A stretch of 64,000 bases of DNA from an uncultured Dehalococcoidia bacterium (GCA_937975645.1 CALJTV010000016.1:12348-76347), one strand, 5' to 3'; counted from the first letter of the stretch, positions 46,521 to 55,827 are shown. Translations and numbers: made by a program. The notes: generated from the sequence alone by a model not told the origin.

Positions 46521-46900
46521 TGTCTGACGAAAAAATACTGTCACAAAGTGATATAGACGCCCTCATGGAGTCGGTAGCCCCTTCACTGGGGAGCGCCAAG
46601 GAAAAAGGGACTGCTGCCAAGACCAGCACGCCACATCACCACCCGCCACCACCCACATCTCCACCCCACGACATCAAAGCACTGAGCGAGAGGATAGCAG
46701 AACTAACAGACCGCTTGGATAGGCTTGAAAGAGCAGTGAGCAGACTCAAGCAGCCAACAAACGGCAACGCCGGAATGGCGCAGTTTGCTCAAAATTTTCG
46801 ATGCCCTTCCTGCAATAGTCAGGGGTTCCTCGCCTTTTTCGTCAAATGCACCCATTGCGGAGAAATTAAGCTCTGGGGCTCTTGGCCACCCAAAAAGTAG
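46520..46900 (+). CDS. small protein: FliM/FliY-like N-terminal CheY-P docking motif, Pro/His linker, helical segment, C-terminal CxxC-x11-CxxC zinc ribbon
   Basis: MSDEKILSQSDIDALMESV... and ...FRCPSCNSQGFLAFFVKCTHCGE. The ATG shares a base with the upstream TAA (TAATG). This is the last gene of the che operon. Confidence 0.6.
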   Translation: MSDEKILSQSDIDALMESVAPSLGSAKEKGTAAKTSTPHHHPPPPTSPPHDIKALSERIAELTDRLDRLERAVSRLKQPTNGNAGMAQFAQNFRCPSCNSQGFLAFFVKCTHCGEIKLWGSWPPKK

Positions 46901-47060
46901 CCCGACCTTTGCCCTTTACTTGCCCAATGAGCAGGTCTTCCTCTATATAAACATGGCGCAGTTCCCCCCAGCCCTGCTACACGGCGCGCACATAGCGTCA
47001 GCCCTCCCGGTTGACTTCGTGAGGACTCTGGGTGTATCTTATGTACTGAAGGTCACCTCA

Positions 47061-47546
47061 ATGATTAAGGTAACATCAAACATAACCAAACAGGGCTTGC
47101 TCGCAGAAGTACTTGAACTTGAACATCGTGCTCACCAACTCATGAGGCAATATTCGTTGGATGCGTGGATGGGACTGAGCCTGACAGTACCTCAGCTCAA
47201 GAGTTTATTTTTCATTAGCACCCACCTAAACACAAGTCCTGGCAAACTGGCAGAAGCCCTAGGGGTAACGCCATCGAACGTGACTGGGATTATCGACCGT
47301 CTGGTAGAGCAGGGACTAGTGCACCGCGAAGAGAACCACAAGGACCGGCGTGTGCTTGTGCTCAAGCTCACAGAGAAGGGACAGTCCATCCTCGCCAACC
47401 TCAGGGAGAGGAGGTCAAGCAGGATGCAGGAAATCCTAGACGACCTCAGCGAGCAAGAACTCAATTGTCTGGCAATAGGGCTGAGGGCACTGGTGAAAGC
47501 CGCCGAAGGACTAGACAGGCAAAAGGACATGGCAGGCAATGATTGA
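47061..47546 (+). CDS. MarR family transcriptional regulator
   Basis: Winged HTH: LTVPQLKSLFFIS...PGKLAEALGVTPSNVTGIIDRLVEQGLVHREENHKDRRV. ATG 47061 follows GAAGG. The longer ORF from 46785 overlaps the previous gene. Confidence 0.8.
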   Translation: MIKVTSNITKQGLLAEVLELEHRAHQLMRQYSLDAWMGLSLTVPQLKSLFFISTHLNTSPGKLAEALGVTPSNVTGIIDRLVEQGLVHREENHKDRRVLVLKLTEKGQSILANLRERRSSRMQEILDDLSEQELNCLAIGLRALVKAAEGLDRQKDMAGND

Positions 47547-48522
47547 AGTAATCAGCCTCACCAAGCGCTTTGGAAATTTCACCGCGGTGGACTCTGTCTC
47601 CTTTCGGGTAGAAAAGGGCGAGGTTTTCGGACTGCTGGGACCGAACGGCGCTGGTAAGACAACTACCATAAGATGTTTGCTTACCCTAATAAAGCCCACC
47701 TCGGGGCAGGTAAGGGTCTCCGGTATAGACGCGCTAAGGGACCCGCAGCAGGTGCGCCAGCTCTGCGGATATGTACCACAGGAGGTCTCTGTGGATGGTG
47801 ACCTCACCGGCTATGAAAACCTCCTTCTTTACGCCAGGCTCTACCAGGTGCCCCGAAAATTACGAAAGAAACGGATTCAGGAAGCCCTCGAGTTTATGGG
47901 GCTTGCTGACCGGGCTAATAGCCTGGTCAAGACTTACTCTGGTGGCATGATGCGCCGGCTTGAGATAGCTCAGGTACTGGTTAACCAGCCCAGGGTGCTG
48001 TTTCTGGACGAACCCAGCATTGGGCTTGACCCAGCAGCCAAACGCATGATCTGGGACTACATTGTTCGCCTTCGGGACGATTTCGACACCACCATCCTGC
48101 TCACCACACATGACATGCTGGAGGCTGACGAACTTTGCGACCGCATCGCTATTATGAATTTGGGCAAAATAGCCGTGACTGGCTCGCCCCAGGAACTCAA
48201 AACACACCTCGGGGGCGATGTCGTCTCCATTACCAGCAAAGACAGCAATTGCTTCGGTGTCCTGCAACGCCTTGGCTACCGGTTACTCTCCCCTTCCCAT
48301 GACGGCGTCTGCGACCTAGTGGTGCAAAATGGCGAGCAGGAGATACCACGGATTCTAGATGAGCTGAAGCAACACGGCATCACCACCAACTCAGTGTCTC
48401 TGAAACGGGCAACACTGGACGATGTCTTTCTGAAGTATGCCGGCGTCCGCATCGAAGAAGGCGATACCACTTGGAAGCATGCTCGCCTCACACGCCGGAC
48501 CATAAGGAAACTAAGGCAATGA
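47539..48522 (+). CDS. ABC transporter ATP-binding protein (DrrA/ABC-2 exporter type)
   Basis: GLLGPNGAGKTT, YSGGMMRRLEIA and LFLDEPSIGLD. It overlaps the MarR stop. Confidence 0.9.
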   Translation: MIEVISLTKRFGNFTAVDSVSFRVEKGEVFGLLGPNGAGKTTTIRCLLTLIKPTSGQVRVSGIDALRDPQQVRQLCGYVPQEVSVDGDLTGYENLLLYARLYQVPRKLRKKRIQEALEFMGLADRANSLVKTYSGGMMRRLEIAQVLVNQPRVLFLDEPSIGLDPAAKRMIWDYIVRLRDDFDTTILLTTHDMLEADELCDRIAIMNLGKIAVTGSPQELKTHLGGDVVSITSKDSNCFGVLQRLGYRLLSPSHDGVCDLVVQNGEQEIPRILDELKQHGITTNSVSLKRATLDDVFLKYAGVRIEEGDTTWKHARLTRRTIRKLRQ

Positions 48523-49292
48523 CAGCAGCAACAAGGATGATAAGCGGTATCCTCACCATAACCGAATTTGAATTACGAAAGGTGTTCCACGACAGCTCTC
48601 AGGTCTTCGTTAGGGCAATACAGCCGCTCCTCTGGCTGGTAGTCTTCGGCGGAGTATTTGGGAGGCTCAGGGTACTACCTACTGGCAGCTACAGTTATCT
48701 ACAGTTCCTCACTCCCGGCGTACTGGCACAATCGGTCATCTTCATAGCCGTCTTCTACGGAATAACGCTGGTATGGGAACGAGACTTCGGCCTGCTCAAC
48801 AAGCTGCTCTCCACACCGATCCCCCACTCCAGCATCATCCTGGGCAAGACTTTTGCCGCGGGTGCCCGCTCCATTTTGCAGGCAGTGCTCATATTCCTCC
48901 TGGCTCTGGCCATCGGGATCCAGCTCCACATAGATGTGGTCAGCGTGCTCGGCGTTGTCCTGGTAATAGTCCTCTCCGGAATGTGTTTCTCCAGCTTGTC
49001 CATCTTTCTGGCCTCCATGCTCAAGACCCGGGAACGGATGATGGGTATCGGGCAGGCAATCACCATGCCCCTGTTCTTCGCCAGCAGCGCCATCTATCCT
49101 ATGGACTTGATGCCAACCTGGCTGAAGGTAGTGGCTATTGCCAACCCACTCAGCTACACCGTAGATGCGTTGCGAGCGCTACTGGTGACCGGCGATTACA
49201 GTCACCTCCCCCGTGACCTTGCAGTTCTCACACTGGCAACGACTGCTCTCATATGCCTAGCCACCACCTCATTCAAACGCATCGTCGACTAA
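48519..49292 (+). CDS. ABC-2 type transporter permease
   Basis: Six hydrophobic segments. The start overlaps the ATPase stop as ATGA (MTAATRMISG...). Confidence 0.85.
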   Translation: MTAATRMISGILTITEFELRKVFHDSSQVFVRAIQPLLWLVVFGGVFGRLRVLPTGSYSYLQFLTPGVLAQSVIFIAVFYGITLVWERDFGLLNKLLSTPIPHSSIILGKTFAAGARSILQAVLIFLLALAIGIQLHIDVVSVLGVVLVIVLSGMCFSSLSIFLASMLKTRERMMGIGQAITMPLFFASSAIYPMDLMPTWLKVVAIANPLSYTVDALRALLVTGDYSHLPRDLAVLTLATTALICLATTSFKRIVD

Positions 49293-49348
49293 TTCTGGAA
49301 ACCGTCTCAGTGGATAGCCTACAATTCCCCAATAGCCACGGCTAAAAC

Positions 49349-49384
49349 CATAAGGCAAAAATAGCTAGCAGGTTTCACCTTATG
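49349..49384 (-). terminator. candidate terminator hairpin downstream of tRNA-Ala
   Basis: CATAAGG (49349-49355) pairs with CCTTATG (49378-49384), a 7-bp stem with a large loop. On the minus strand GTTTTAG follows. The evidence is weak. Confidence 0.3.
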
Positions 49385-49438
49385 CACAACTCCAGTCCAG
49401 AATGTTAGCAGATTGGAAGTCAGTCAGAGGCTAGAACC

Positions 49439-49514
49439 TGGTGGAGCTGATGGGATTCGAACCCACTACCTTTTGACTGCCAGTCAAACGCTCTCCCAAT
49501 TGAGCTACAGCCCC
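49439..49514 (-). tRNA. tRNA-Ala (anticodon GGC), CCA encoded
   Basis: The reverse complement GGGGCTGTAGCTCAATTGGGAGAGCGTTTGACTGGCAGTCAAAAGGTAGTGGGTTCGAATCCCATCAGCTCCACCA folds as a cloverleaf. The G3:U70 identity pair is present. The anticodon loop is CTGGCAG. Confidence 0.9.
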
Positions 49515-49561
49515 ACCGACAATATAAAGTTTAGCAAAAACACAAGCTAGGCACAAACACG

Positions 49562-49777
49562 CTAATGCTTCAAAGGGCGTCCCCAAGCGTCCCTACGGTA
49601 GTCACTGGCGATCAGGATAAGGTCACTCAGCCACCAGATGCCAAACATACCCAGAGTGAGCATCTTGGCAACCGCTGAACGGGTCCTGCCAATGTAAAAA
49701 CGGTCGGCGCCAAAGAAGCCCAAGAAAAAGGAAAGGAGCAACGTTACCAGCCAGCTCTTTTCTACCGGTTGACCCAT
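49562..49777 (-). CDS. TM2 domain-containing membrane protein
   Basis: The 71-aa product reads ...[19 protein letters not shown]...GIWWLSDLI, the TM2 pattern. The longer ORF overlaps the upstream gene. Confidence 0.7.
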   Translation of the reverse strand: MGQPVEKSWLVTLLLSFFLGFFGADRFYIGRTRSAVAKMLTLGMFGIWWLSDLILIASDYRRDAWGRPLKH

Positions 49778-49782
49778 GTGAG

Positions 49783-50376
49783 TTAGAACCCCATCATAAA
49801 TCCTGCCCAGCGCAGTAGCGAGCGCAGCCCGAAGAACCCGGCATAGGCAATCATCATGTTCTTCACCGACTTCCCGCCCCAGCAGAGAAAAAAGAACCTC
49901 ACCAGCCCGAACCTGAGCATGCCCGCTACCACGGTGAAGGGATAAAAAAGCGGGTTTAGTATAGCCGACATAAAGAACACTGCAACGCTGCCACGCCTTC
50001 GAATCCAATCGCTGAATTTAGCAAAGAACCTCTGACCGTTCAGTCCCTGTACCACCCGCTGTCCACCGTAGCCACTGAGGTATATGCCGATACTCCCCAC
50101 AGCCTCACCCAGCCCTGAAACCACCCCCACAATCGCCGGCTGGAGAATGCTACCCATGGTGAAAACGACCAATATCCCCGGTATCGGGACAAGTACAGTG
50201 GCTCCAGCAAATATGCTAATGACAAATACGCCGAAATAACCATAGTGGGAAACATTCTTGATGTACTCCCAGTAAAGAACGGCGACTACGCAGAGAGCGA
50301 GCGTCAACGCTATTGCCAGCCCACCGACCACATACTGAATTTTCCCTACTCTGGCTTTTACTTCCTGCATTAGCAC
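49783..50376 (-). CDS. DedA/VTT-family membrane protein
   Basis: 197 aa, multi-TM, with a VTT-like segment (...[19 protein letters not shown]...). Confidence 0.6.
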   Translation of the reverse strand: MLMQEVKARVGKIQYVVGGLAIALTLALCVVAVLYWEYIKNVSHYGYFGVFVISIFAGATVLVPIPGILVVFTMGSILQPAIVGVVSGLGEAVGSIGIYLSGYGGQRVVQGLNGQRFFAKFSDWIRRRGSVAVFFMSAILNPLFYPFTVVAGMLRFGLVRFFFLCWGGKSVKNMMIAYAGFFGLRSLLRWAGFMMGF

Positions 50377-50383
50377 ATAGTCC

Positions 50384-52816
50384 CTACGCGGGCACCTTGC
50401 TCCCTTTCCTTGTCTGGAAGGTCAGCACACCGTCCTCAACATCCACCACTACATCATCGCCGTCCTTTATCTCGCCACTCAGAATACGGCTTGAAAGTGG
50501 GTTCTCCACAAATCTTTGTATCGCCCGCCTCAGTGGACGCGCTCCGTATACCGGCTCGTACCCTTCCTTAAGTAGCCAGGACTTCGCCTCCTCGGTGAGC
50601 TCAAGGTGTATGCTGCGGTCACTTAACCGTTTCTCAACTTCCAGAGCTAGTAGGTCAACTATCTTCTTCAAGTGCTCCTCGCTCAAAGGTTGGAAAATTA
50701 TGACATCGTCTATCCTGTTGAGAAACTCGGGACGGAATGTCCGCTTCAATTCACTCTCTATGGCACTGCGCAGCCGCTGTTGCTCGCCTTTCTCCTGGCG
50801 CGAAAAACCGATAGCCTGCTTCTGGAACTCTTGTGTCCCCAAGTTGCTGGTCATTATCACTACGGTATTTTTGAAATCAACCGTCCTGCCATGCCCGTCG
50901 GTCAACCTGCCATCTTCAAGTATCTGAAGCATGATGTTAAACACATCAGGGTGCGCCTTCTCAATTTCGTCGAAGAGGATGACACGAAACGGGCGTCTGC
51001 GTACTGCCTCGGTGAGCTGCCCTGCCTCCTCATAACCTATATACCCGGGTGGGGCACCTATCAACCTTGACACTGTGTGCTTCTCCATGAATTCAGACAT
51101 ATCAAGCCTTATCATGGCATCCTCGTCATCAAATAAGAATTCCGCCAGGGCTTTCGCCAGCTCAGTCTTGCCCACGCCGGTGGGACCGAGAAATATGAAG
51201 CTACCTATCGGTCTCCTAGGGTCTTTTAACCCCGCCCGCGCCCGCCTGATAGCCTCGCAAACCGCCCGCACCGCCTCATCCTGGTTTACAATCCTTCGAT
51301 GCAACCGCTCTTCCATCTGCAAAAGCTTCTCTGCCTCACCTTCCAGCATCCGGGCAACAGGTATGCCTGTCCACCTCGAGACAAGTTCAGCTATTATTTC
51401 CTCGTCCACCACACTCTCTATCTTCTTTTCTTTGCGCCACTTCTCCTCAGCTAGGTCGCGCTCCTGCTCCAGCTTGAGCCTTCGCGATTTCAACTCCGCA
51501 GCCATCTTATAGTCGGCACGCTGTGATGCTGCCTCTTCCTCCTCTTGCAAATGCCTTATTTCGCTGTCCAAAGCTTTTATATTAGGCGGCTTGCTCTCCA
51601 TATCTATACGCAGTTTGCTGGCTGCCTCGTCAATGAGGTCAATCGCCTTGTCGGGTAGGAAACGTCCCGAAATATAACGGTGACTCAACCTAGCAGCAGC
51701 TACCAGAGCTGAATCATCGATCTTTATCTTGTGGTGGGCTTCATACCTGGGACGCAGTCCACGGAGCATCTCAATGGTCGCTTCAACACTGGGCTCATCG
51801 ATAAACACCGGCTGAAGACGCCGTTCCAGCGCCTTGTCCTTCTCAATATGCTCCCGATATTCGTCCAGAGTGGTCGCACCCACGCACTGAAGTTCACCGC
51901 GTGAGAGCGCTGGCTTTAACATGTTGCTGGCATCGATGGCACCCTCAGCCGCCCCGGCACCGACCACGGTATGTATTTCGTCGATGAACAGAATTATCTC
52001 GCCACTGGACTGGCGCACCTCATCCATGACCGCTTTAAGGCGCTCCTCGAATTCTCCCCTGAACTTGCTCCCAGCCACCAGCGCTCCCATATCCAAGGCA
52101 ATAATACGCCTGTTCCGCAACGAGTCGGGCACATCGCTAGAGGCAATCTTCTGCGCCAGCCCTTCAGCAATGGCTGTTTTACCTACACCTGCCTCACCGA
52201 TTATCACCGGGTTGTTCTTCGTCCGTCGGATGAGGATCTGCATCACCCGTTTTATTTCCTCATCACGCCCAATCACCGGATCGAGCTTACCTTGACGCGC
52301 CAGCTCGGTGAGGTCACGCCCATACCTCTCTAGAGAACGGTACTTCGTCTCGGCGGTAGGACTGTCAGCCCGGTGTCTTCCCCGTATACCTTGCAAAGCT
52401 TGGTATATCTTCTCCTGGTCCACACCAAACTCTTTCAGAATTGCCGCAGCTTCACCCCTTTCTTCACCAGCGATAGCCACCAGCAAGTGTTCCACGCCGA
52501 TAAAATCGTCCTTCAACCGGTTTGCCTCACGAGCAGCATTTTGGAGTAAATGACGAAAACGGGGTGTCTCAAACACCTGCAAGACCTCGTGTGCCATCTT
52601 CGGTGCCGAATCAAGCACCATCTCCAGGCGTTTTCTCAGCGCGCCTGTGTTCACACCAATCCTCTCCAGTAATTGCACCGCCAGCCCATTCTCTTGTTCC
52701 AGCAAGGCTAGAAGCACATGCTCCACATCAAGCTGACTGTGTCGGTAACGGCGCACTAACACCAGCGAGCCCGCCAACGCTTCCTGCGCTTGCTCGGTAA
52801 ATCTTTCCGGTCTCAT
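50384..52816 (-). CDS. clpB: ATP-dependent chaperone/disaggregase ClpB
   Basis: Clp_N repeats, two AAA+ modules ([18 protein letters not shown]) and a long coiled-coil M-domain. The start is taken at [11 protein letters not shown]. Confidence 0.9.
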   Translation of the reverse strand: MRPERFTEQAQEALAGSLVLVRRYRHSQLDVEHVLLALLEQENGLAVQLLERIGVNTGALRKRLEMVLDSAPKMAHEVLQVFETPRFRHLLQNAAREANRLKDDFIGVEHLLVAIAGEERGEAAAILKEFGVDQEKIYQALQGIRGRHRADSPTAETKYRSLERYGRDLTELARQGKLDPVIGRDEEIKRVMQILIRRTKNNPVIIGEAGVGKTAIAEGLAQKIASSDVPDSLRNRRIIALDMGALVAGSKFRGEFEERLKAVMDEVRQSSGEIILFIDEIHTVVGAGAAEGAIDASNMLKPALSRGELQCVGATTLDEYREHIEKDKALERRLQPVFIDEPSVEATIEMLRGLRPRYEAHHKIKIDDSALVAAARLSHRYISGRFLPDKAIDLIDEAASKLRIDMESKPPNIKALDSEIRHLQEEEEAASQRADYKMAAELKSRRLKLEQERDLAEEKWRKEKKIESVVDEEIIAELVSRWTGIPVARMLEGEAEKLLQMEERLHRRIVNQDEAVRAVCEAIRRARAGLKDPRRPIGSFIFLGPTGVGKTELAKALAEFLFDDEDAMIRLDMSEFMEKHTVSRLIGAPPGYIGYEEAGQLTEAVRRRPFRVILFDEIEKAHPDVFNIMLQILEDGRLTDGHGRTVDFKNTVVIMTSNLGTQEFQKQAIGFSRQEKGEQQRLRSAIESELKRTFRPEFLNRIDDVIIFQPLSEEHLKKIVDLLALEVEKRLSDRSIHLELTEEAKSWLLKEGYEPVYGARPLRRAIQRFVENPLSSRILSGEIKDGDDVVVDVEDGVLTFQTRKGSKVPA

Positions 52817-52860
52817 CGCATCGTCCTTCCGGTCAATTTCCAACTAACTCTCAAACAGGA

Positions 52861-53139
52861 CTAGCCGCCAGTGGATTCCTCCTGCATCAGTTTGTCCCGG
52901 TACCCGATAACCAGGTCACATTGCGGACCGATACAACGGTCAATCTTCTTTTTCAGCTCGGTATCCAGCTTGCGTTTACCCATACCCAATGCTGCCCTCT
53001 TGTGCCGATTGTACCAGGCACAGCCCACTGACCAGTCCTTATTCACCATTATAGTAACAAAATCATCGACCCAGCCACACTTTACAGTGGTAGCTGTGAC
53101 CTGCCACCCAGCCGGTTTGAGCCTCATATTTTCAGCCAT
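52861..53139 (-). CDS. 92-aa Cys-containing hypothetical protein co-transcribed with hspR and clpB
   Basis: The ORF start overlaps the hspR stop by 8 nt (ATGGCTGA). It has four Cys and a basic central region. I recognise no family. Confidence 0.5.
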   Translation of the reverse strand: MAENMRLKPAGWQVTATTVKCGWVDDFVTIMVNKDWSVGCAWYNRHKRAALGMGKRKLDTELKKKIDRCIGPQCDLVIGYRDKLMQEESTGG

Positions 53140-53467
53140 CGCTCTCAGCTGAGCCTTTCGTAAGCTGCCTCATGCGCTCCACCTCCACTTCAAGCTCCTG
53201 TAACCTCTGCTGCATCTCAGCCATCCTCTCCACCATGCGCATCACCACCTCCACACCAGCCAGATTAATCCCTAGATCGTCCATCAGGGTCTTGATATAG
53301 CGGATACGAACAATATCCCTCTCCGAATAATAACGTATATTCCCCTTGGAGCGATAGGGGTGAACAAGACCCATCCTTTCATAATATCTCAAGGTATGGG
53401 TCTTCACGCCCACTATCCTGGCAACGACACTTATAACATATTTGGGTTCCGAGTCCTGTGAAGTCAT
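53132..53467 (-). CDS. hspR: MerR-family heat-shock repressor HspR
   Basis: YVISVVARIVGVKTHTLRYYERMGLVHPYRSKGNIRYYSERDI is HspR-like. The gene lies downstream of dnaJ and upstream of clpB. Confidence 0.8.
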   Translation of the reverse strand: MTSQDSEPKYVISVVARIVGVKTHTLRYYERMGLVHPYRSKGNIRYYSERDIVRIRYIKTLMDDLGINLAGVEVVMRMVERMAEMQQRLQELEVEVERMRQLTKGSAESDG

Positions 53468-53503
53468 CCTATCTTATCACCCCGCTAGTCAATTGGCAAT
53501 ATC

Positions 53504-54490
53504 TCAGTTCGCCCCGGAACGGAGCGCCTTCAGTTGTTCGAAAAGTTGCTTCTCCTGCGGCGAGAGCCTAGTGGGCAGGACCACCTTCACCTTGGCAAAA
53601 AGATCCCCGCGTGCGGTGTTACCAAGGTGTGGCATCCCCTGCCCTGCTAACCGGAACACCTTGCCGTTCTGCGTCTCTGGGGGCACCTTAAGCACCACCT
53701 TGCCCCTCAGTGTCGGTACCTCTACCTCCCCACCAAGCACAGCAGTAAGCAGCGGTACCGGCACTTCAAGGTAAAGGTCATCACCTTGCCTCTCAAAAAC
53801 CTGGTGCGGCAATACTTTCACCACCAGATAGAGATCACCTCTACTACCATCCGGGCCCAGACGGCCCTGACCGGCAACCCGTACTTTGGAGCCGTCATTT
53901 ACCCCTGGCGGGATTTTGACCTCTAGTTTCCTCGCCCGCTGCTCCCAGCCAGAGCCACCACACCTAGCACAGGACTGGCTCATCGTCCCCTGCACCACCC
54001 TTCCCCCACTACCGCACGACGAACAAGGCACCTCTTCCCAGACCTCTATCACCCGCTTCGTGCCATGGTACGCCTCTTCCAACGTTACTTCAACAGGGTA
54101 CTCTAGCCTTTCTGGTCTTGCTGTACGGCGGAAAGTGGTACCCCGATAGGAAATGCCCTGCAAGATGTCGTCCAGAATATCACCCAGGCCCCCAAATTCA
54201 ATGGTGGTATAAGGCACGCTATCAGCACCTGTTGCGCCTGCCCTCCCCTCATCACCGAAATCAGTAGCATACTGCCAGTGCTCTCCAAAACGGTCATATT
54301 TTCCGCGCTTGACCGGGTCAGAAAGCACCTCGTAAGCCTCGTTTATCTCCTTGAACTTGGCTTCAGCCGCCTTATCGCCGGGATTGATGTCAGGATGATA
54401 CTTTCGCGCCAGCCGTCGATAAGCTTGCTTTATCTCCTTGTCCGTTGCACCACGGCCTATACCAAGTATGGCATAATAGTCCTTTCCCAT
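53504..54490 (-). CDS. dnaJ: DnaJ-family co-chaperone with a half-size zinc-finger region (two CxxCxGxG repeats)
   Basis: J domain: [34 protein letters not shown]. Only CSSCGSGG and CARCGGSG repeats are present. The start is at MGKDYY (54490) after GTGAGG. Confidence 0.8.
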   Translation of the reverse strand: MGKDYYAILGIGRGATDKEIKQAYRRLARKYHPDINPGDKAAEAKFKEINEAYEVLSDPVKRGKYDRFGEHWQYATDFGDEGRAGATGADSVPYTTIEFGGLGDILDDILQGISYRGTTFRRTARPERLEYPVEVTLEEAYHGTKRVIEVWEEVPCSSCGSGGRVVQGTMSQSCARCGGSGWEQRARKLEVKIPPGVNDGSKVRVAGQGRLGPDGSRGDLYLVVKVLPHQVFERQGDDLYLEVPVPLLTAVLGGEVEVPTLRGKVVLKVPPETQNGKVFRLAGQGMPHLGNTARGDLFAKVKVVLPTRLSPQEKQLFEQLKALRSGAN

Positions 54491-54510
54491 GACATCAACC
54501 TCACAATCCA

Positions 54511-54539
54511 ATTGTAAAAGTTTGTCGGAATATTGTCAA
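54511..54539 (-). promoter_or_regulatory. sigma70-type promoter of the dnaJ-hspR-orf-clpB operon
   Basis: On the minus strand, TTGACA (54539-54534), a 17-nt spacer, then TACAAT (54516-54511). Confidence 0.6.
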
Positions 54540-54578
54540 GTGCATATTAAGTAGTATAACAATAATTTATTAAGCCTC

Positions 54579-54607
54579 TTGACAAACTTTTATCAATCCT
54601 TTATAAT
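54579..54607 (+). promoter_or_regulatory. sigma70-type promoter of hsp20
   Basis: TTGACA (54579-54584), a 17-nt spacer, then TATAAT (54602-54607), about 50 nt upstream of ATG 54659. Confidence 0.65.
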
Positions 54608-54658
54608 TGTAATCGGTGAGTGGGACTCGGTAATCGAAAAAAGAAAGGAGGTGAGACT

Positions 54659-55126
54659 ATGGCAGCTCTAGTACGATGGGAACCATTGCGTGATATTATC
54701 AGTCTGCGGGATGCCATGGACAGGCTGTTTGAGGACAGCTTTGTCCGACTCTCTCGCTTCTGGCCCACGCTCGGGGAGTGGCAGCTTCCCATTGACATGT
54801 ACCAGACCGACAATGAGGTCGTGGTAAAGGCGGCTGTCCCCGGCTTCAAGCCAGAAGAGATCGATATTTCCCTAACCGGTGACACCCTTACCATTAAGGG
54901 TGAGCATAAGGAGGACAAGCAGGTAAAGGAAGAGGATTATCTCTACAGAGAGTGCCGTTTCGGCGCCTTCAGCCGCACGGTGACCATACCGGTCAAGGTA
55001 AAGAGCGATAAGGCTGAGGCAGTCTTCGAAAACGGCATACTCACCTTGACTTTGCCTAAAGCTGAAGAGGTCAAACCTAAGCAGATTAAAGTCAAAGTCA
55101 AGGCTGAGAAGGAGGTCAAGAATTAA
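54659..55126 (+). CDS. Hsp20/alpha-crystallin small heat-shock protein
   Basis: An AAGGAGGTGA RBS precedes the start. MAALVRWEP...AVPGFKPEEIDISLTGDTLTIKGEH...FENGILTLTLPK. Confidence 0.9.
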   Translation: MAALVRWEPLRDIISLRDAMDRLFEDSFVRLSRFWPTLGEWQLPIDMYQTDNEVVVKAAVPGFKPEEIDISLTGDTLTIKGEHKEDKQVKEEDYLYRECRFGAFSRTVTIPVKVKSDKAEAVFENGILTLTLPKAEEVKPKQIKVKVKAEKEVKN

Positions 55127-55135
55127 CCACGATCT

Positions 55136-55708
55136 CTACCGGGTCCCACTCGCCTGCTGCCAAACTTCAAGAAACTGTCGCACAATCTGGGCAGTGGCAC
55201 CCCAGATGATACGTCCTTCATACTCATAGACACAACCCACAACGGTCTCATTGCCAAAAACGTAACTCTCCTCTTTCCGCCCCACTCCGGACAATAGAAA
55301 GGATATAGGCACGCCAAATACTTCGTCTATCTCCGCCCTGTTGATAGTAAACTCGTAAGGATGTGGGATAAAACCCACAAACGGCGAGATCCTAAAGTTG
55401 GAGGTGGTCGTCAGTGTATCGTCCAGTTCGCCCACTATCTCTACATCCCGAGCCTTGAGCCCGATCTCCTCCCAGCTCTCTCTTAGCGCCGTGTCCATAA
55501 GACTGACATCAGCCTCACTCCGTGCCCCCCCAGGAAAAGAGACCTGCCCTTTATGATAGGCAACAAGCTGGCTGCGCCTGGTAAATAGAAGATGGAACTC
55601 CCCCTCCCTATCGAAAACGGGCACTAACACGGCAGCTTCAGTTAGCCCACCGCTGCTGACACGCCTTTTGTGGCGCAACGACAACACTTGCCTGACCCTC
55701 TCCCTCAT
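55136..55708 (-). CDS. NUDIX hydrolase (CoA pyrophosphatase-like)
   Basis: The Nudix box is GGARSEADVSLMDTALRESWEEIGL. It is preceded by ...LLFTRRS...HKGQVSFPGG. Confidence 0.75.
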   Translation of the reverse strand: MRERVRQVLSLRHKRRVSSGGLTEAAVLVPVFDREGEFHLLFTRRSQLVAYHKGQVSFPGGARSEADVSLMDTALRESWEEIGLKARDVEIVGELDDTLTTTSNFRISPFVGFIPHPYEFTINRAEIDEVFGVPISFLLSGVGRKEESYVFGNETVVGCVYEYEGRIIWGATAQIVRQFLEVWQQASGTR

Positions 55709-55827
55709 CGGTAAGCAATAATATATCCAAAACCGCGCTGGAAAGGCAAAACAGTTACGACTGTATCTTCGTTTGAAATTTGCCCCTTAGCGAACATATT
55801 GGTTATACTGAAAGGTCGAGGTACATA

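Noticed and set aside
46785-47060. An N-terminal extension of the MarR ORF (start 46785) overlapping the che-operon small protein. Similar upstream extensions occur at 616, 3551, 9058, 16557, 48471, 54620 and 55780.
   Set aside because: The extensions overlap upstream genes, lack RBSs and add non-family sequence. Internal ATG or GTG starts with SD motifs reproduce canonical family N-termini.
49293-49561. tRNA-Ala as an integration hotspot or genomic-island boundary.
   Set aside because: No integrase, no direct repeat of the tRNA 3' end and no phage or IS genes were seen on either side. The neighbouring genes look like ordinary chromosomal genes.
54512-54658. A canonical HspR HAIR site (CTTGAGT-N7-ACTCAAG) in the dnaJ/hsp20 intergenic region.
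   Set aside because: No match is better than CTTGACA half-sites. GAGTGGGACTC at 54618-54628 has only 4-bp arms with 3-nt spacing. It is reported instead as a non-canonical repeat architecture.
55760-55827. A possible CIRCE (HrcA) operator upstream of the second dnaJ, suggested by TTAGCGAAC.
   Set aside because: Only the left half weakly resembles TTAGCACTC. The expected right half GAGTGCTAA after 9 nt is absent (the sequence there is TATACTGAA).
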